Program-made: the position numbers and the translations under genes
Part shown: in pieces, positions 51,401 through 63,321 of the stretch
Layout of the letters: each line of letters begins with the position of its first letter
How positions within the stretch are numbered: the stretch's first letter is position 1
Notes under the pieces: model-generated
Seen by the model: only the letters and a program-made list of their open reading frames with translations
Databases searched by the model: none
What the model was told of the DNA's origin: nothing
NCBI GenBank assembly: GCA_008632985.1
Contig: QPGO01000008.1
Location: 786,979-850,978 of the forward strand
Direction: 5' to 3'
Source: Psammoneis japonica
Lineage: Eukaryota
Length of the DNA: 64,000 nt

Positions 51401-54400
51401 CCCAAGTGTGCCACGTGCCAATGTGGTCGCATGACTTGTCATCCAACCAGAGCTGCACAAACTGAGAAGGTTCCCAGTTGGGATCAATCTCTCAATGCTG
51501 ATGTTCTTCATCCTGGACAAGTGGTTGCTGCAGACCAGCATGCATCCTCCATTCAAGGTTGTCCATTTGAATCTCATGGGAAGACCAAAGAGGCAGACAA
51601 ATGTGGTGGCAGAGCTGTTTTTGTTGACATTGCATCCGGCAAGGTGTCAGCTCATCATCAAGTTTTGTCTGGCTGTTTCAAGACTGTCAAAAGAAATGGC
51701 TTTCAAGAGGGAGGCTGCTTCTGCAGGCATTTCCATTCAATCCTGCCAATTGGATGGTGGCATGTTCATGAGCAAAGAATTCCTCAAGGAACTTGAGGAG
51801 AAAGGACAGGGCAGGAAGCTTGCTGGTGTTGGTGCACACCATCAGAGTGCAATTGCTGAGCAAGCAATTCATGCTGTCACCAAAAGAGCTTGGACTGTGA
51901 TGTTTCATGCTGCAGTTTGATGGCGGATGCACTGGAGATGGATTTGTGGCCCATGGATGTGAGTCATTCTGTCCACTTGTGGAATTTGACCCCATGAATG
52001 GATTTTGATGGATTGTGTCCCAAACAAGTCTTCACAGAGTGAAAGTTTCTTCAAGTTCAACCCTCACAAATTCAGCTGTTTGGGGTTGTCTGACCTGTGT
52101 GTTGGATCCAACATTGCAAGATGGCAAGAAAATGCCATGTTGGAAAGCCCAAAGTTGCAGAGGACAATTTGTGGTCATGCATCTGTCCATGTGAGTGACG
52201 TTGGTCAATTGGAAACCTCAAGAGTGGTTCTGTGTTGCCTCAATTCCATGTTGTCTGTGACAATTGGTTTGAGATGGTTCATTTGGATGATGAGTGCAGA
52301 CCACCAAGAAACTGGTTGGATCTCCTCACCACTTCAAGATGTCACATGGAGAATGATGAAGGATTGCACCTGCCTCCATTGTCAGATGATTGGCTTGCTG
52401 CTGAAGAATTGCATGATCAACATGCTGAACAGGAAGAGTTGCAGAGGCAACAAAGAGCACAAGTGTCAATGCCAATGGAAAAGAGGGAGAGGACACCTGG
52501 ATCCCCTGGAGCACCTTCTTCTTCTCAAGGACAATTCAGAATCCAGTGCTCCCAGACGGTTGAGTGTTTCATGCTCCAATGACATTTTGCCAGATCTTCC
52601 ATTGTCTCCAGATTTTGTTCACAATGAAAATGCTCCTCCAAGTGTTGAAGCTCCTTTGGCTCCAGCTGATGCAACAGAGGCTCAAGAGGGAGACTCTGGA
52701 ATTCCCAGATCTCAAGATGCACCTTTGGTTGCTGATCATGACAACCATTTCCCAGAAGCTCCAGATGCTTCAACTCCGACTCTGACTCAGACATGCTCTG
52801 GAAGAACAGTTTGTCCTCTAGAACATCATGGCTGTGAAGGGACTGACAAGCATGGTTGTGATGGACATGCCCTCAAAGGCATGGCTTCTTTTGTTTCAAA
52901 TTTTACATGTTGGCTCAGGTCTGGTTGCAGGACAGTGGAATTTGCAAAGATGCACGAGATGTTTGCTGACCTTGATGGTGATGGCATCAATGCTGCATGT
53001 CCACTGTCAGCACATTTGTTGGATTCTTTTGCAAGCAAGAAGACTCACAATCCTGATGCTCCTTTGTGTCATGAAGTGATGGCAGGACCATGTGTGGAAG
53101 AGTTCAAGAAAGCTGTGCATTTCAAGATTGTGACTTGATGCAATGCAATTCATTTGCTCTGGTGCAACGTGAGTCGGTGCAGTTGAGTGCAAATGTTTTG
53201 CCTGGCACTTGGGCACTTGTGATCAAGAGACACCCTGATGGATGTCTCAAGAAGTTCAAGGCATGGTTTTGTGTGCAAGGGAACCATCAACAAGAAGGAA
53301 TTGATTTCTTTGAGACTTGTGCTCCAGTGGTCCAGCAGAGCATGGTTCAGTTGCCCACATGTGAGTCTGTCAAATCTGCATGGATTGGCATCTTGTCAAG
53401 TTGACCACACCCTTTTTTGCTCAGGCAGACAAAGAGGATGTTTGTGTTGAATTGCCTGGGCTCTTTGAGACAGAAGATGAAGGTGGCTGTGCACATCAAA
53501 GCTGAACAAGAGCTTGTGTGGATTGCAACAAGCCGACTGCATGGTTCCAGCATTTGTCCAAGGGTCTGGAAGAGGTCAGATTGCACTCTAGCAAGAGTGA
53601 TCCATGTTTGTTCATCAGCAAAGACGTTGTTTGTCTTGTGTGTGTGGATGATTGTTTGTTCTTTGCAAAGATCTTACAAAATTGACAACATTGTGAGTGA
53701 ACTCAAGGCCAACAGTTGTGAACTTGATGTCAAGGATGATGCAAATGGTTTTCTTGGCATCAACATTGACAGGGATGATGAGGCTGGGACTCTCCATCTC
53801 ACTCAAAAGGGTCTCATCAAAAAGAGTGTTGCTGCTGTGAATGTGAAGGATTGTCACATGAAGAAGACTCCAGCCAGCTCAACTCCTTCAGCTGCCAACA
53901 TGCCGATGGTTCCAAGTGAGTCAAATCATGGAGCTGCACCAGCATCATTGGCATGATGCTCTGCTTGGCCTCCAATGCAAGGCTTGCATTCAACATGCAG
54001 TCCACAGCTGTGCTGGCTGGGTTCATGCACAATCCCAAGAAGAGCCATGAGGAAGTGGTCAAGCAGATTGTTGGGTGTCTTCAAGGCACAAAAGATTGTG
54101 GTGTCAGTTTTGCTGTCTCCAACAGCTCAAGGTTGGATTGTTGTTGTGATGTGAATTTTGCTGAACTTTGAAACTGCAAGGACCCACAAGATCCTGTGTG
54201 CATCAAGATTTGGTCTGGCCACTTGTTGACCATTGGTGGCAACCCATTGATTTGGGCTTCCAAGCTGCAGACCAAGATTGCGTTGTCCACACTCAAGGCA
54301 GAGTGTGTTGCCCTGTCTCAGGCAATGAGAGTTCTGCCACTCATGAGAGAGCTTGTCAAGGAGGTCTCCTCTTTGATGAGTGCTGATCAGGATGATGAAA

Positions 54401-55269
54401 TGTTGCTCCATTCCACTGTTTTTGAGGACAACAATGGTGCTTTGATGATGGCCATGATGCCAAAGATGGCTCTGCACACCAAGCACATTGGGGTCAAGCA
54501 TCACTTTTTCAAGTCTCACATTGTTAAAAAATTTGACTCCATGATTTGCACTCAGAAGATTGCCAGTGAAGAGCCATGGGCTGATGCCTTGACAAAGGGT
54601 TTGGTGCAGAAAAAGTCTGAGCATTTGCAGAAGAAGATCATGGGGCAGCAGGATGTGGCGGATTCATTTTTTGTGTTCATGTTGATTCAAGTTTGAATGT
54701 GTGTGTTGCACATGAAAATGGGGTGATCGCAATCAGGTGTGACAACTGGGGTTGTTGCAACTCTGCATGTGGTTTTGCATCATTGCATGATGGTTTGCAT
54801 TTTGGTGTGAACTTCATTTTGAAATCTCAGTGGCGATCTGATGCCTTGCAGTTGACATCTTCTCAAGAGAGAGAGCAACAAGAGTTCTGGTTTCTGATCT
54901 GTGACACAGGTCAGTGATGCACGCAATTTTGCTTTTGGTGTTTGTGAGAGTTTTGGTCCTCTGTCCTTGCTTGTGGACTCTTGGGTTTCATGGGCCAACA
55001 TCTTTTGGCCCATCATTTTGGTCTGCTTTTTTTGGTCATCATCCAATCTGTGGTCTTCTTGCAGGGTTGGCACTGAAACAGTGTCTTTTCTCTCTTCTGA
55101 CTTTTTCAGTTGCTTTTGGGGCTCCCTTCTCCCTCTCTCACTTCTTGTGGATTTCCACATTTGTGAGGACCAGGATCACTTTGATGGCTCTTGTGCTGCT
55201 GTTGAGGCTTGTGTGCAATTTAGATGATTGTTGTTGCTCCAGCTTGTGCTGTCATCTGGCTCATTTCTG
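48462..55269 (+). mobile_element. Older, degenerate Ty1/Copia LTR retrotransposon
   Basis: ~390-bp direct repeats 48462-48852 and 54874-55269; purine tract AAGAGAGAGAG before the 3' LTR; zinc knuckle CHKCGQQGH; LLQQHICLGH; FVDIASG; GAHHQSAIAE; RT LPGTWA...KKFKAWFCVQG...ETCAPVV...CVDD; RNase H WASKLQTKIALSTLKAECVALS...TKHI...ADALTKGL; no TSD recognised. Confidence 0.9.
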
Positions 55270-55623
55270 CACTCTCCTCAATCCGTCAATTCTGTCAGAT
55301 GATCTAACTTGGATGATTCCTGATGCATGGCAGATCACAAATCTAGACCTTCAACAGGGTTTGTTGTGGAGCTTCTCTTTTGTGTGTCTTGCAAAGCAGA
55401 AGTGCTTGCCACAAGCAAGAGACAAATGAGTCAGCTCACAATGATTGGAAAGCAGTTGTCACCATGCTGCAGAAAAGAAAAAGAAAATGCTCCTCACCTT
55501 GGGGTTTTGCTTTGCACTGTTGCTGCAATTCTTGTTCACCACTGCACAGGTGGTCTACAGCAAGCTCACAAGGCTGATGCAACTGCTGTCCCTTTTGCCT
55601 GTCTGTGATGCTCAAATCTGGGT

Positions 55624-56396
55624 GTGTCAACATCTGCAGAAACTGTGCCAGTTGACACCAATGCCAACAGCAAAACAAGCCACATTCCATCAATGTCAGC
55701 CTCTGCTGTTCCCTCAACTGCTCCATCTGCAACCCTGAGCTCAGTGCCAAGAAACACATCTTTGACAGCACCTTTTCAACCAAACCACCAAGTGGCTTGC
55801 CCCATCTTTCACCTCTTCAACAGTGCCTTGAAAACTGCTCCATCTGCAGCACAAAGTTTGGCACCAAATGATGACATGCCTCCAAAGCACCCACAGCAGA
55901 ACAAAGCAATGTTCCATCTGTGATGCCTTCTTCTTTGCTCTTGACCGCTCCACCTGCAATTCCAAGTTTGGCACCAAGTGATGCACTTCAACCAAACCAA
56001 GTGATTTGTCATTTGTGGCACCCTCTGCTGTTCTCTCAACTGCTCTGTGCTCCATCCACAGCTCCAAGTTTGGCACCAAGCAACCAGCAACATGCTTTCA
56101 TCAGCACTGCCCACAGAAAAAACAATTGGTCATCTCAACAACACCTTCTGCTGTGATGTTGAAAACTCCATTTGCAACACTGCTGAGTTCAACACCAAGT
56201 GATATCTTCAACATCAGCTTCATTGCACCAGCCAGCTGACTTTCCATCTTTTGCACCTTCTAAGATGCCCTCAACAATCCCATCATCTGCTCAAAGAAGT
56301 GCCATCCTGCAAATTTCAGTTGCAAGTGCAGCCAATGTGTCTGGCAAAAATGGGGCCCTTTCCATGCTTCTGGGGTTGGAGGCACAAACAAAATGA
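55624..56396 (+). pseudogene. Ser/Pro/Ala/Thr-rich (PSxxPS repeat) coding remnant
   Basis: SAVPSTAPSATLSSVP, IPSLAPS, FPSFAPSKMPSTIPS spread across frames; a linker type common in diatom secreted proteins. Confidence 0.45.
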
Positions 56397-59300
56397 CAGC
56401 AGCAGCACCACTTGTGCTGACTGTGTGAACTTCTTTGCTGTCTTCTTGATTTGCAAGCTCTTTTTCAGAGCAGAGTGCCCACAAAAGCCTCTTTGTGGTG
56501 GGCAAACAACAACCTCCCCCATGCACAGCTTGGTCACATCCCCAGCCAAGGCCAACAGGCAGCCATGTTTGCCAAGGACACCAGCAACCAAATTTGCAAG
56601 CATGTGCCCCCCCAAATGGGTGCTGAAAGGCCCAGCCTAACTTCCACAGCAAAAGCTTGTTTCCAGTCACATCCAGTCACTGCCTCTTCCTGTGTCAGAG
56701 TCTGTGACAGCTGGACAGTGTCAATGATGACAAAGAAGTGCAACCCCTTGGTTGCAGCTGGGGTTGTGGCAGCAGCACTTGACACTAGAATCTGGGGCTG
56801 CAATGAGTGGCACCCAACTTTGGAAGCACTCAATGCTGTGTCACTTGCAACTCTTTTTGTCATTGCTTCTTGCACACAAATGCAGTTGAAGATGTCTTGA
56901 AAAACTTTGATTCCTTTGAAAACATGTGTGAAGAGATCAACGGAATGTGTGGCTGTGCAGAAACCTGATGACAACTTGCTCAGATCTCAAGTGAAGCAAG
57001 AAACTTTGACAGCTGTTGCAGGCAAAACGTGTTGTGAGAATGCCACCTCACAGATGTGGTGGCAACCAGGCACCCAGTCAGACACTGGAAAGGAAGTCTC
57101 TGTTGTTGTGCAGCAAATTTGCTTCCCAACACATCAGCACACAAATGTCATGCAGCGCTGCTTCAAAACATTGTGCACGGTGGCTCCCTGGATGACTTCG
57201 CTCGCTCACCCTCCTGGTTTTGTCTTCCTGTCTCTGCTTTTGGTTCTGGATCCTCTGGTCCAAGGAGCAACCACTCCGCCACTTTGTCAGCACTCAACAC
57301 CCACAAACAAGGCAACCAGATTGAAGTTCCTTGTTTGCAGCCTGCAGCAGTTGTGGAGCACAGGAGTCCCATGCATGCAATGAGTGTGAAGCAATGCTGC
57401 AGGCCAGTGCTGCAGCAGCAGGATCCACCCATGCCAACTCCCTGAGCACTGTCCACAATGAGAGTGTTGATGAAAAGGGCTTCTGCCAGAGCAGCTCCAA
57501 CCAAAAAACAGGTTGTGTTCTTGCAAAGAGATGCAGATGACATTTCAGTGCAATTGCTTGAAAATGGCCAAAGTGCCAAGCATGACCCCCAAAGACATGA
57601 CAATGGAGACAAGCAAAATCATGTCAACAACGATCTTGCAGTCTTTGACATCTTCTTCACCACTTGCAAAGTTGGCATGGGTGGCTCCCATGACACCATT
57701 TTCCAGCAGCACCAGAACAAAAGAAGCTGCAACACTTGCTTGCTTTTCTTGCCATTTGAGATGTTTCTCACCTCTGGAATTGAGCTGCATGGCACAATTG
57801 CAGCGGGTGTGTCACACCAGTGCATTGTGTGCCAAAGCAGAGGAAGCAACTCAGCATGAAGACAACCACATTGCCACAGAGATGTGGCTGCTGGAAGCCT
57901 TCCAGAAAAGTGGTGCCTTCATTGTTGAATCTCAATGCAAAAGTCCCAGAAATGCTTGGGCCAGCAGAGCTGATGATGAAACAAGATCACAAGCATTTTT
58001 TGCAGCATGCAATTGCAGACATGGCAAAAAAATGGCACAAGCACAGCATGTGCCAACTGACATGGTGCATTTTGACAAGTGATTGCATGGGGCACGCTTG
58101 TTTGTTGTGAGGCAGTTCATGCATCTCTGCTGACCTCTCTCCTTTGCTCTTGCACTCATGTCTGCTGTGTTCATCATCTGGCAGGAGGAAGGTTGATCCA
58201 AATCCTCAAATGCAATGAAGTTGTCCAAATGGCACTCTGTTTCAACCAAAGTCCAAGGCAGCAAGTGAGGATTTCCTGATCCAATCATGTGGAGAAGAAA
58301 GCAGGTCAAATTGTTGACAATTCACAGCAAAATTGCACTGCAAATCAGGAGCATTCTTTGGGGCTTGATCACTGTTGCATCTGACAGTTGCTGTTTTTTG
58401 CTTCACCTGATGGCGGGCCCTGCAGGCTCACAGAAGGAGACCTGTCAACAACCCCACTTGGCATGTGTTTGTGTCCATTGGGTTGCCTGCACCAAAACCA
58501 TCCAATGATGTCAGCATGAAGCTCATCCATGGATTTGTGCATGTCCTGTGGAGAGAGCTGTGTCAGTCTTTGGCATGACTGCAGCCTCCAAAATTCCAGT
58601 CAATGTGGCAACCATTTTGGAGCCATGCAGGTTTTTGTTCAAATTGCTTGCTCCATGTGTCAACCTTTGTTGGCATTGTTTGCACACTTGTGGCACCACT
58701 GTTCAGCTCTTCATGGCCAAAACCCAGCTTCCATGTCTCCACATCCACTCTTTTGCAAAATGTTTCCTCTGCAATGTGCTAAAAATGTGAGGCCAATGGC
58801 TGCAATGCTGCTGGTCAGTTCATTGCGTTGAAAGGTTGTCAATGACCCAGTTTCTCCTCTGTCTTGACACACACTCCTGGGCCTTGTCAAACCACTGTGC
58901 CAGTTGTCATCCTGAGATGCACCTCTTTGTTCCAACAAGCTTCAAATTTTTGCCAATTTGTGAATCATTTGCAGGGAGCTTTCTCTCCCACTGGTTGGGC
59001 GTGACCCACTTGTCAACGACATCCAAGACCAAATTGACTTGAGAAGAAGGCACAGCCTGCACAAATGAAGCAGGGCAGCACACCACATCAACACCACATT
59101 TCTCTCCAATGAGTGCCTGCAGCTGGAAGTCCACTCTCATAAAAACTGGAGCCATGATGCAGGGTGCTTGAGAGTTTTCACAAACTGTTGCTGCAAGGTC
59201 TGCCCAAGCATCATGGTGATTGAGGTGACCTGCCCCTGCTTTGTCTGCCCATTCTCTTCACAGCTGATGAGTGCAAATGCTTGGCTTCAGCAGCCAGGCA

Positions 59301-59698
59301 CTCCCACTGATGACAAGCCAGGTGCTCAGAACTTTTGCTCCTGACTTGCAATCTGACATTTGGAAGGATCCAATCATCACTTGAAGCAGAAGCAATTCAT
59401 CCAGGAACTCTTGGCGGTTGTGTTTTCATCAGGGTGGGTTTGTTTGGTGACATCACAGAGGTCATTGTGTTCTCACCCAAAGCATCCTCATCACACGGTC
59501 AGGTGAATGTGTGCTTGGTGCTCCTCCAGCATTTGCCACGGTGTCGTCAACAATTGCTGGCACCAATCCGGCAATTGGCATGGCGGCTGATGCTCCTGCC
59601 ACAGAGTTGATTTAGTGTCCCCAGATTGTGCTGCAGCACTCGTGGACTCTCTGAGAACTGGCGCCACGTGCACTCTCAATGAAACAGAAGTTTCAATG

Positions 59699-60700
59699 TC
59701 ATGACTGCTCTTGCACTTGCTGCTGTGCCAATTGGAAAGAAACTCTGCCAGTTTGCACTGTTGGGGCAGTGGGAAAGGCATCACCCTCGCTGTTTTCCAT
59801 TCGTTCTGTGGCAGCCTTGGAAGCCTTTTCTTGAACATTGTTTTGCAAAGTGTTGAATTGATCAGGCAACAAGGAACCATCCTCGCAGCAGCCTTGGTCT
59901 GCTTCATCATCCAAAACTTGCTGCAACTTGACATCAAAGATTGCATCACCATTCCAAGTGGCCACCATTTGATCCAGCAATTTGTTGAGTTTTCTTCGAT
60001 CAAAGGGACTGGCTGGCAGAGGCCCCAAACCAGAATCCACAAAGCCTGACTTTGGCGGAACAACAACACGATGCACGCCCCCAACTTTCATGGTGTGCAA
60101 GCCCTCGTCCAAGCCTGCAACAGTTCGACCATTTCCATGTTTCAACAGCATCCTGTTGGAATTGAGTTTTTCCTTGTTCTTGTTGGGGAGTTTCACATGA
60201 GCCGTGTACGAGACAGCAACAAGTTGACCATTTTGAGGGGATGGTCCAGCACCTGGTTTCAGTTCAACGTGCTTGAGACCCAACGGCAGCTTGAAGAGGG
60301 TAACGCCGCCTTCCTCAGCTGCAGTTGCTTCTTGAGCAGATGCCATCTCTGGTTCCCATGCTGCCGCTGTCAAGAGACCAACAGCGGATGCTGAGTCAGA
60401 AACAAAATTTCAACGAGAGCACACAGGCAGCTTCTTTTTGGTCACTGGTGATGGTTGATGTTTTGGTGACTTGGCTGAAAAAGATGCTGCCTCGCAAAAA
60501 AGTGAGGCAACAAGCACAACGAAATAATGTGATGAGCACATTGCTCCCATTTCTCAAGCTGGTTGTGGCAAGTCTTTGGCACAATGTTTCCAACGCATCC
60601 TCCTCGATGCAATGCAGCTCAATGGTGATTGAACTGATTCCTGTTGTGCTTTTGGAGTTGAGCAGAGATGCACGCAGAAGACAACAGTGACAACAATCAG
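59699..60700 (-). pseudogene. FKBP-type peptidyl-prolyl isomerase, probably a disabled copy
   Basis: GLKHVELKPGAGPSP...GQLVAVSYTA...GNGRTVAGLDEGLHTMKVGGVHRVVVPPKSGF...IFDVKL; core frame open, but N-terminus frameshifted and Y->H/C changes present. Confidence 0.8.
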
Positions 60701-60801
60701 CTCAGCTCAACCCCTCACTGTGGACACCAACAACCAAAACAAATGTGAGTCTGACAAATGTTGCTCACCAGTTGCCATGGTTGTCCAGACATTTGCAGTG
60801 C

Positions 60802-61300
60802 TCATTGCAGCGTTCCATCCAAGGCACTTTGCATGCACATCCCAAATGAACTCTCAAGCTTGTTGATTTGTTCCAGCCTTTCATTTGTCAAGGAGCATGG
60901 TTGACCTGCCATTTGTTTTTGGCAATTGTGTCTCTGAAGGTGAGCAAACTTTCCAAGAGAACATGCACTTGCACTTGGCACAAGTGCGTGTCCATGTTCT
61001 TTGCCAAACTTCTCAAGTTGTTTCTTGACAACGCTCACCCCATGATTGTTCATGTGCATTCCATGTGAAGCCCACCAAGTTTGGCTGCTTCATCCAGTCT
61101 TCCAACATTGATGCTGATGCCAGCAGTGCTGTTTGAGACATGCAGTGCTGCATCCTTTGGGTGTCGACCCAACGACCCAGTTTGGGAATGAACCAACAAC
61201 ACACAGGCATGTCAGTTTTGTTTCACAAACTCTCATGAGGCATCCACACAGCTGCTTTGTCAAGACTCAGGCAACACTTCCCATGTTGTCTTTTGTTCCA
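60802..61300 (-). pseudogene. Helicase-associated (HA) domain repeats, fragment
   Basis: PKLGRWVDTQR...LVGFTW and LEKFGKEHGHALVP...LGKFAHLQR...LTNERLEQINKL match the HA pattern. Confidence 0.7.
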
Positions 61301-61360
61301 CTTTAGACTGGTCAACAGAAATCAATCAAAACAGCAGAGCTGTGCAAAACCAAGGAGATT

Positions 61361-61361
<1 letters not shown>

Positions 61362-61394
<33 letters not shown>
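61362..61394. repeat. (CT)n microsatellite
   Basis: About 16 uninterrupted CT units. Confidence 0.95.
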
Positions 61395-61398
<4 letters not shown>

Positions 61399-61711
61399 TC
61401 ACTGAGGCTCTCTGAAACAAGGCAACACCAAAAGTGCCATCACAACCATGGTTTCCTTCTGATGGTGCTGGAGTCATCTCAAGGATCAAGTCTGTCTTAT
61501 CTTGTGATCTTGCCCATCTTGCCCATCTTGTCACATCTTGGCACAGAGCACATCATCCTCACCTGGGCAAGTTGATGTGAACACCCGATTGAAGAAGCAT
61601 TGGAACAAGTGCAACCCATGCTTGGGAAATGGTCTGTGTTCATTTCTGCATGTCATCTTAAGATGGATGCCTTGTGCCAACAGTTTGTCAAGGAATGTGC
61701 AATGCCGCTGC

Positions 61712-63175
61712 ATGACAAGTCAAGAAGGACCTCTTTGCAGCTCTGAAAAAATGCAACTTTCAGTTTTGTGCCTGCAATCCACCGGTGGGACCAACAATGA
61801 TGCAAGGACATTGGACCCAACACTCGTTTTGCCAGTTTGAGCTTTTGGGCAAAATGCTGTTGCAATCAGTTGAGAATGATGGGCAGGGTGCAGGACCAAT
61901 GATTGAGTTGAGTGAATCATCAGCATTGAAAGCATGGTTGTGCATGCTCCTGGCAATGCACCCCAGTCTTGAGTGCGATCAAGACATTGCACATTTCCAC
62001 ACAGTTTCAGCACATGTGTGTTTCATGTCCCACCACCAATCTTGCAATGCGAGTCCATGCTGTGTGCATGCCTTGGGGCAAATCAGACAGCACAATGATG
62101 AAAGCCTTTGTGACAATGCTGATGGGATTTGCTCCCCACAGCAGTTCTCAAGCGGCGCTTCACTGCACCTCCTAAAGTTGCCTCCTGACCCACCGCCACA
62201 CCTGGGGCCATTTTCTTTGTGGCAACTTGCCTGTGTTGCTTCAGTTTTCATCTTTTTTTTTTTCCATTGTGTTGGACCTTGAGCTCCGACAACCTCCCCT
62301 CCCCTCCCGCCCCTTCTTCCCTCAAGTGTCAACATCATTTTCAACCCAATCATGTGCGATTGCTTCTGTGGCCCTGCACTGCCCTTCTCTGACACCTCCA
62401 ACAGCCCCCCTCACATTTCTCCGTCCCACGACCTCGTCCCCCACGAGACTGTGCTCCCGCAAAGCCAGTCATGACACGAGCAACAGCCCCGTGTCACCAC
62501 CTTTCTTCTGTGACCCCCCCTTCTGCACCTGCCACAGCCCTGCTCAATGGAGCCAATCGCGGCACCTCCAACAGCCCTTTTTTTTGCAACTTTCCCCCAA
62601 GTCACAACCTCCACTGATGCCCCCCATTGCCCAAGAACCTTGGCCACCTCATCCCAAACCAGCACCCCTCCAATCATGCCCCCGAGCAGCTTCCATTGCT
62701 CCACAATCACAAAAAGTTCAACTCAATGCAAGACACCAACAATGCTCTTCCTTCTCTTTCTTTCCAGTGCTCCATCATGTCTTTCCTCCAAGACAAGTCC
62801 CGCTGGCTGGCCTCCTCTTCAGGACACTGCTGACAGCTCTCAAGATTCTCAGCCCCTCCTCACAACTCCTCCTGACAAGTCGAGAAGGACCTCTTTGCAG
62901 CTCTGAAAAAATGCAATGTTCAGTTTTGTGCCTGCAATCCATTGGCGGGACCGACAACAATGCAAAGGACATTGGACCCAACACTCGTTTCGCACCAATG
63001 ATCGAGTCGAGTGAATCATCAGCATTGAAAGCGTGGTTGCGCGTGCTCCTGGCCACGTATTTTAGTCTTGAGCGCGATCAACATATTGCACATTTCTACA
63101 CAGTTTCAGTACATACGTGTTTCATGTCCCGCCACCGATCTTACAACACGAATCCGTGCTGTGCGCATGCATGCC
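61712..63175 (+). repeat. Duplicated ~300-370 bp segment (~61712-62090 and ~62873-63175)
   Basis: Both start TGACAAGTC(A/G)AGAAGGACCTCTTTGCAGCTCTGAAAAAATGCAA; the right copy lacks ~60 bp internally and retains TA/CG that the left copy has lost. Confidence 0.9.
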
Positions 63176-63321
63176 TTGCTGGGGCGACCAACCAAATAAT
63201 GCTTGTTCCCTTGAAGCACGAGTGCGTTGCAGCTCTCAACCGTCAGATTTTGTCAGAATTGCCTTTTCATCACATTATTTCAGGCCACAACTCTGTACGA
63301 CGAAGGAGTCTCTAGGAAGCA

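Noticed and set aside
48462..55271. Non-canonical TA...TA termini for Copia 2 (ends read CA... and ...TG/CA)
   Set aside because: Boundaries are uncertain and no TSD could be matched, so the ancestral termini cannot be inferred
5529..62900. Alternative genetic code or foreign genome explaining the missing Tyr
   Set aside because: TA is missing in all codon positions and in non-coding DNA, Tyr is replaced by both Cys and His, and paired repeats show TA in one copy only
5400..63040. Classical RIP or CpG deamination as the sole cause
   Set aside because: RIP increases TpA; CpG decay cannot turn Tyr codons into Cys/His, and the youngest elements still have abundant CpG
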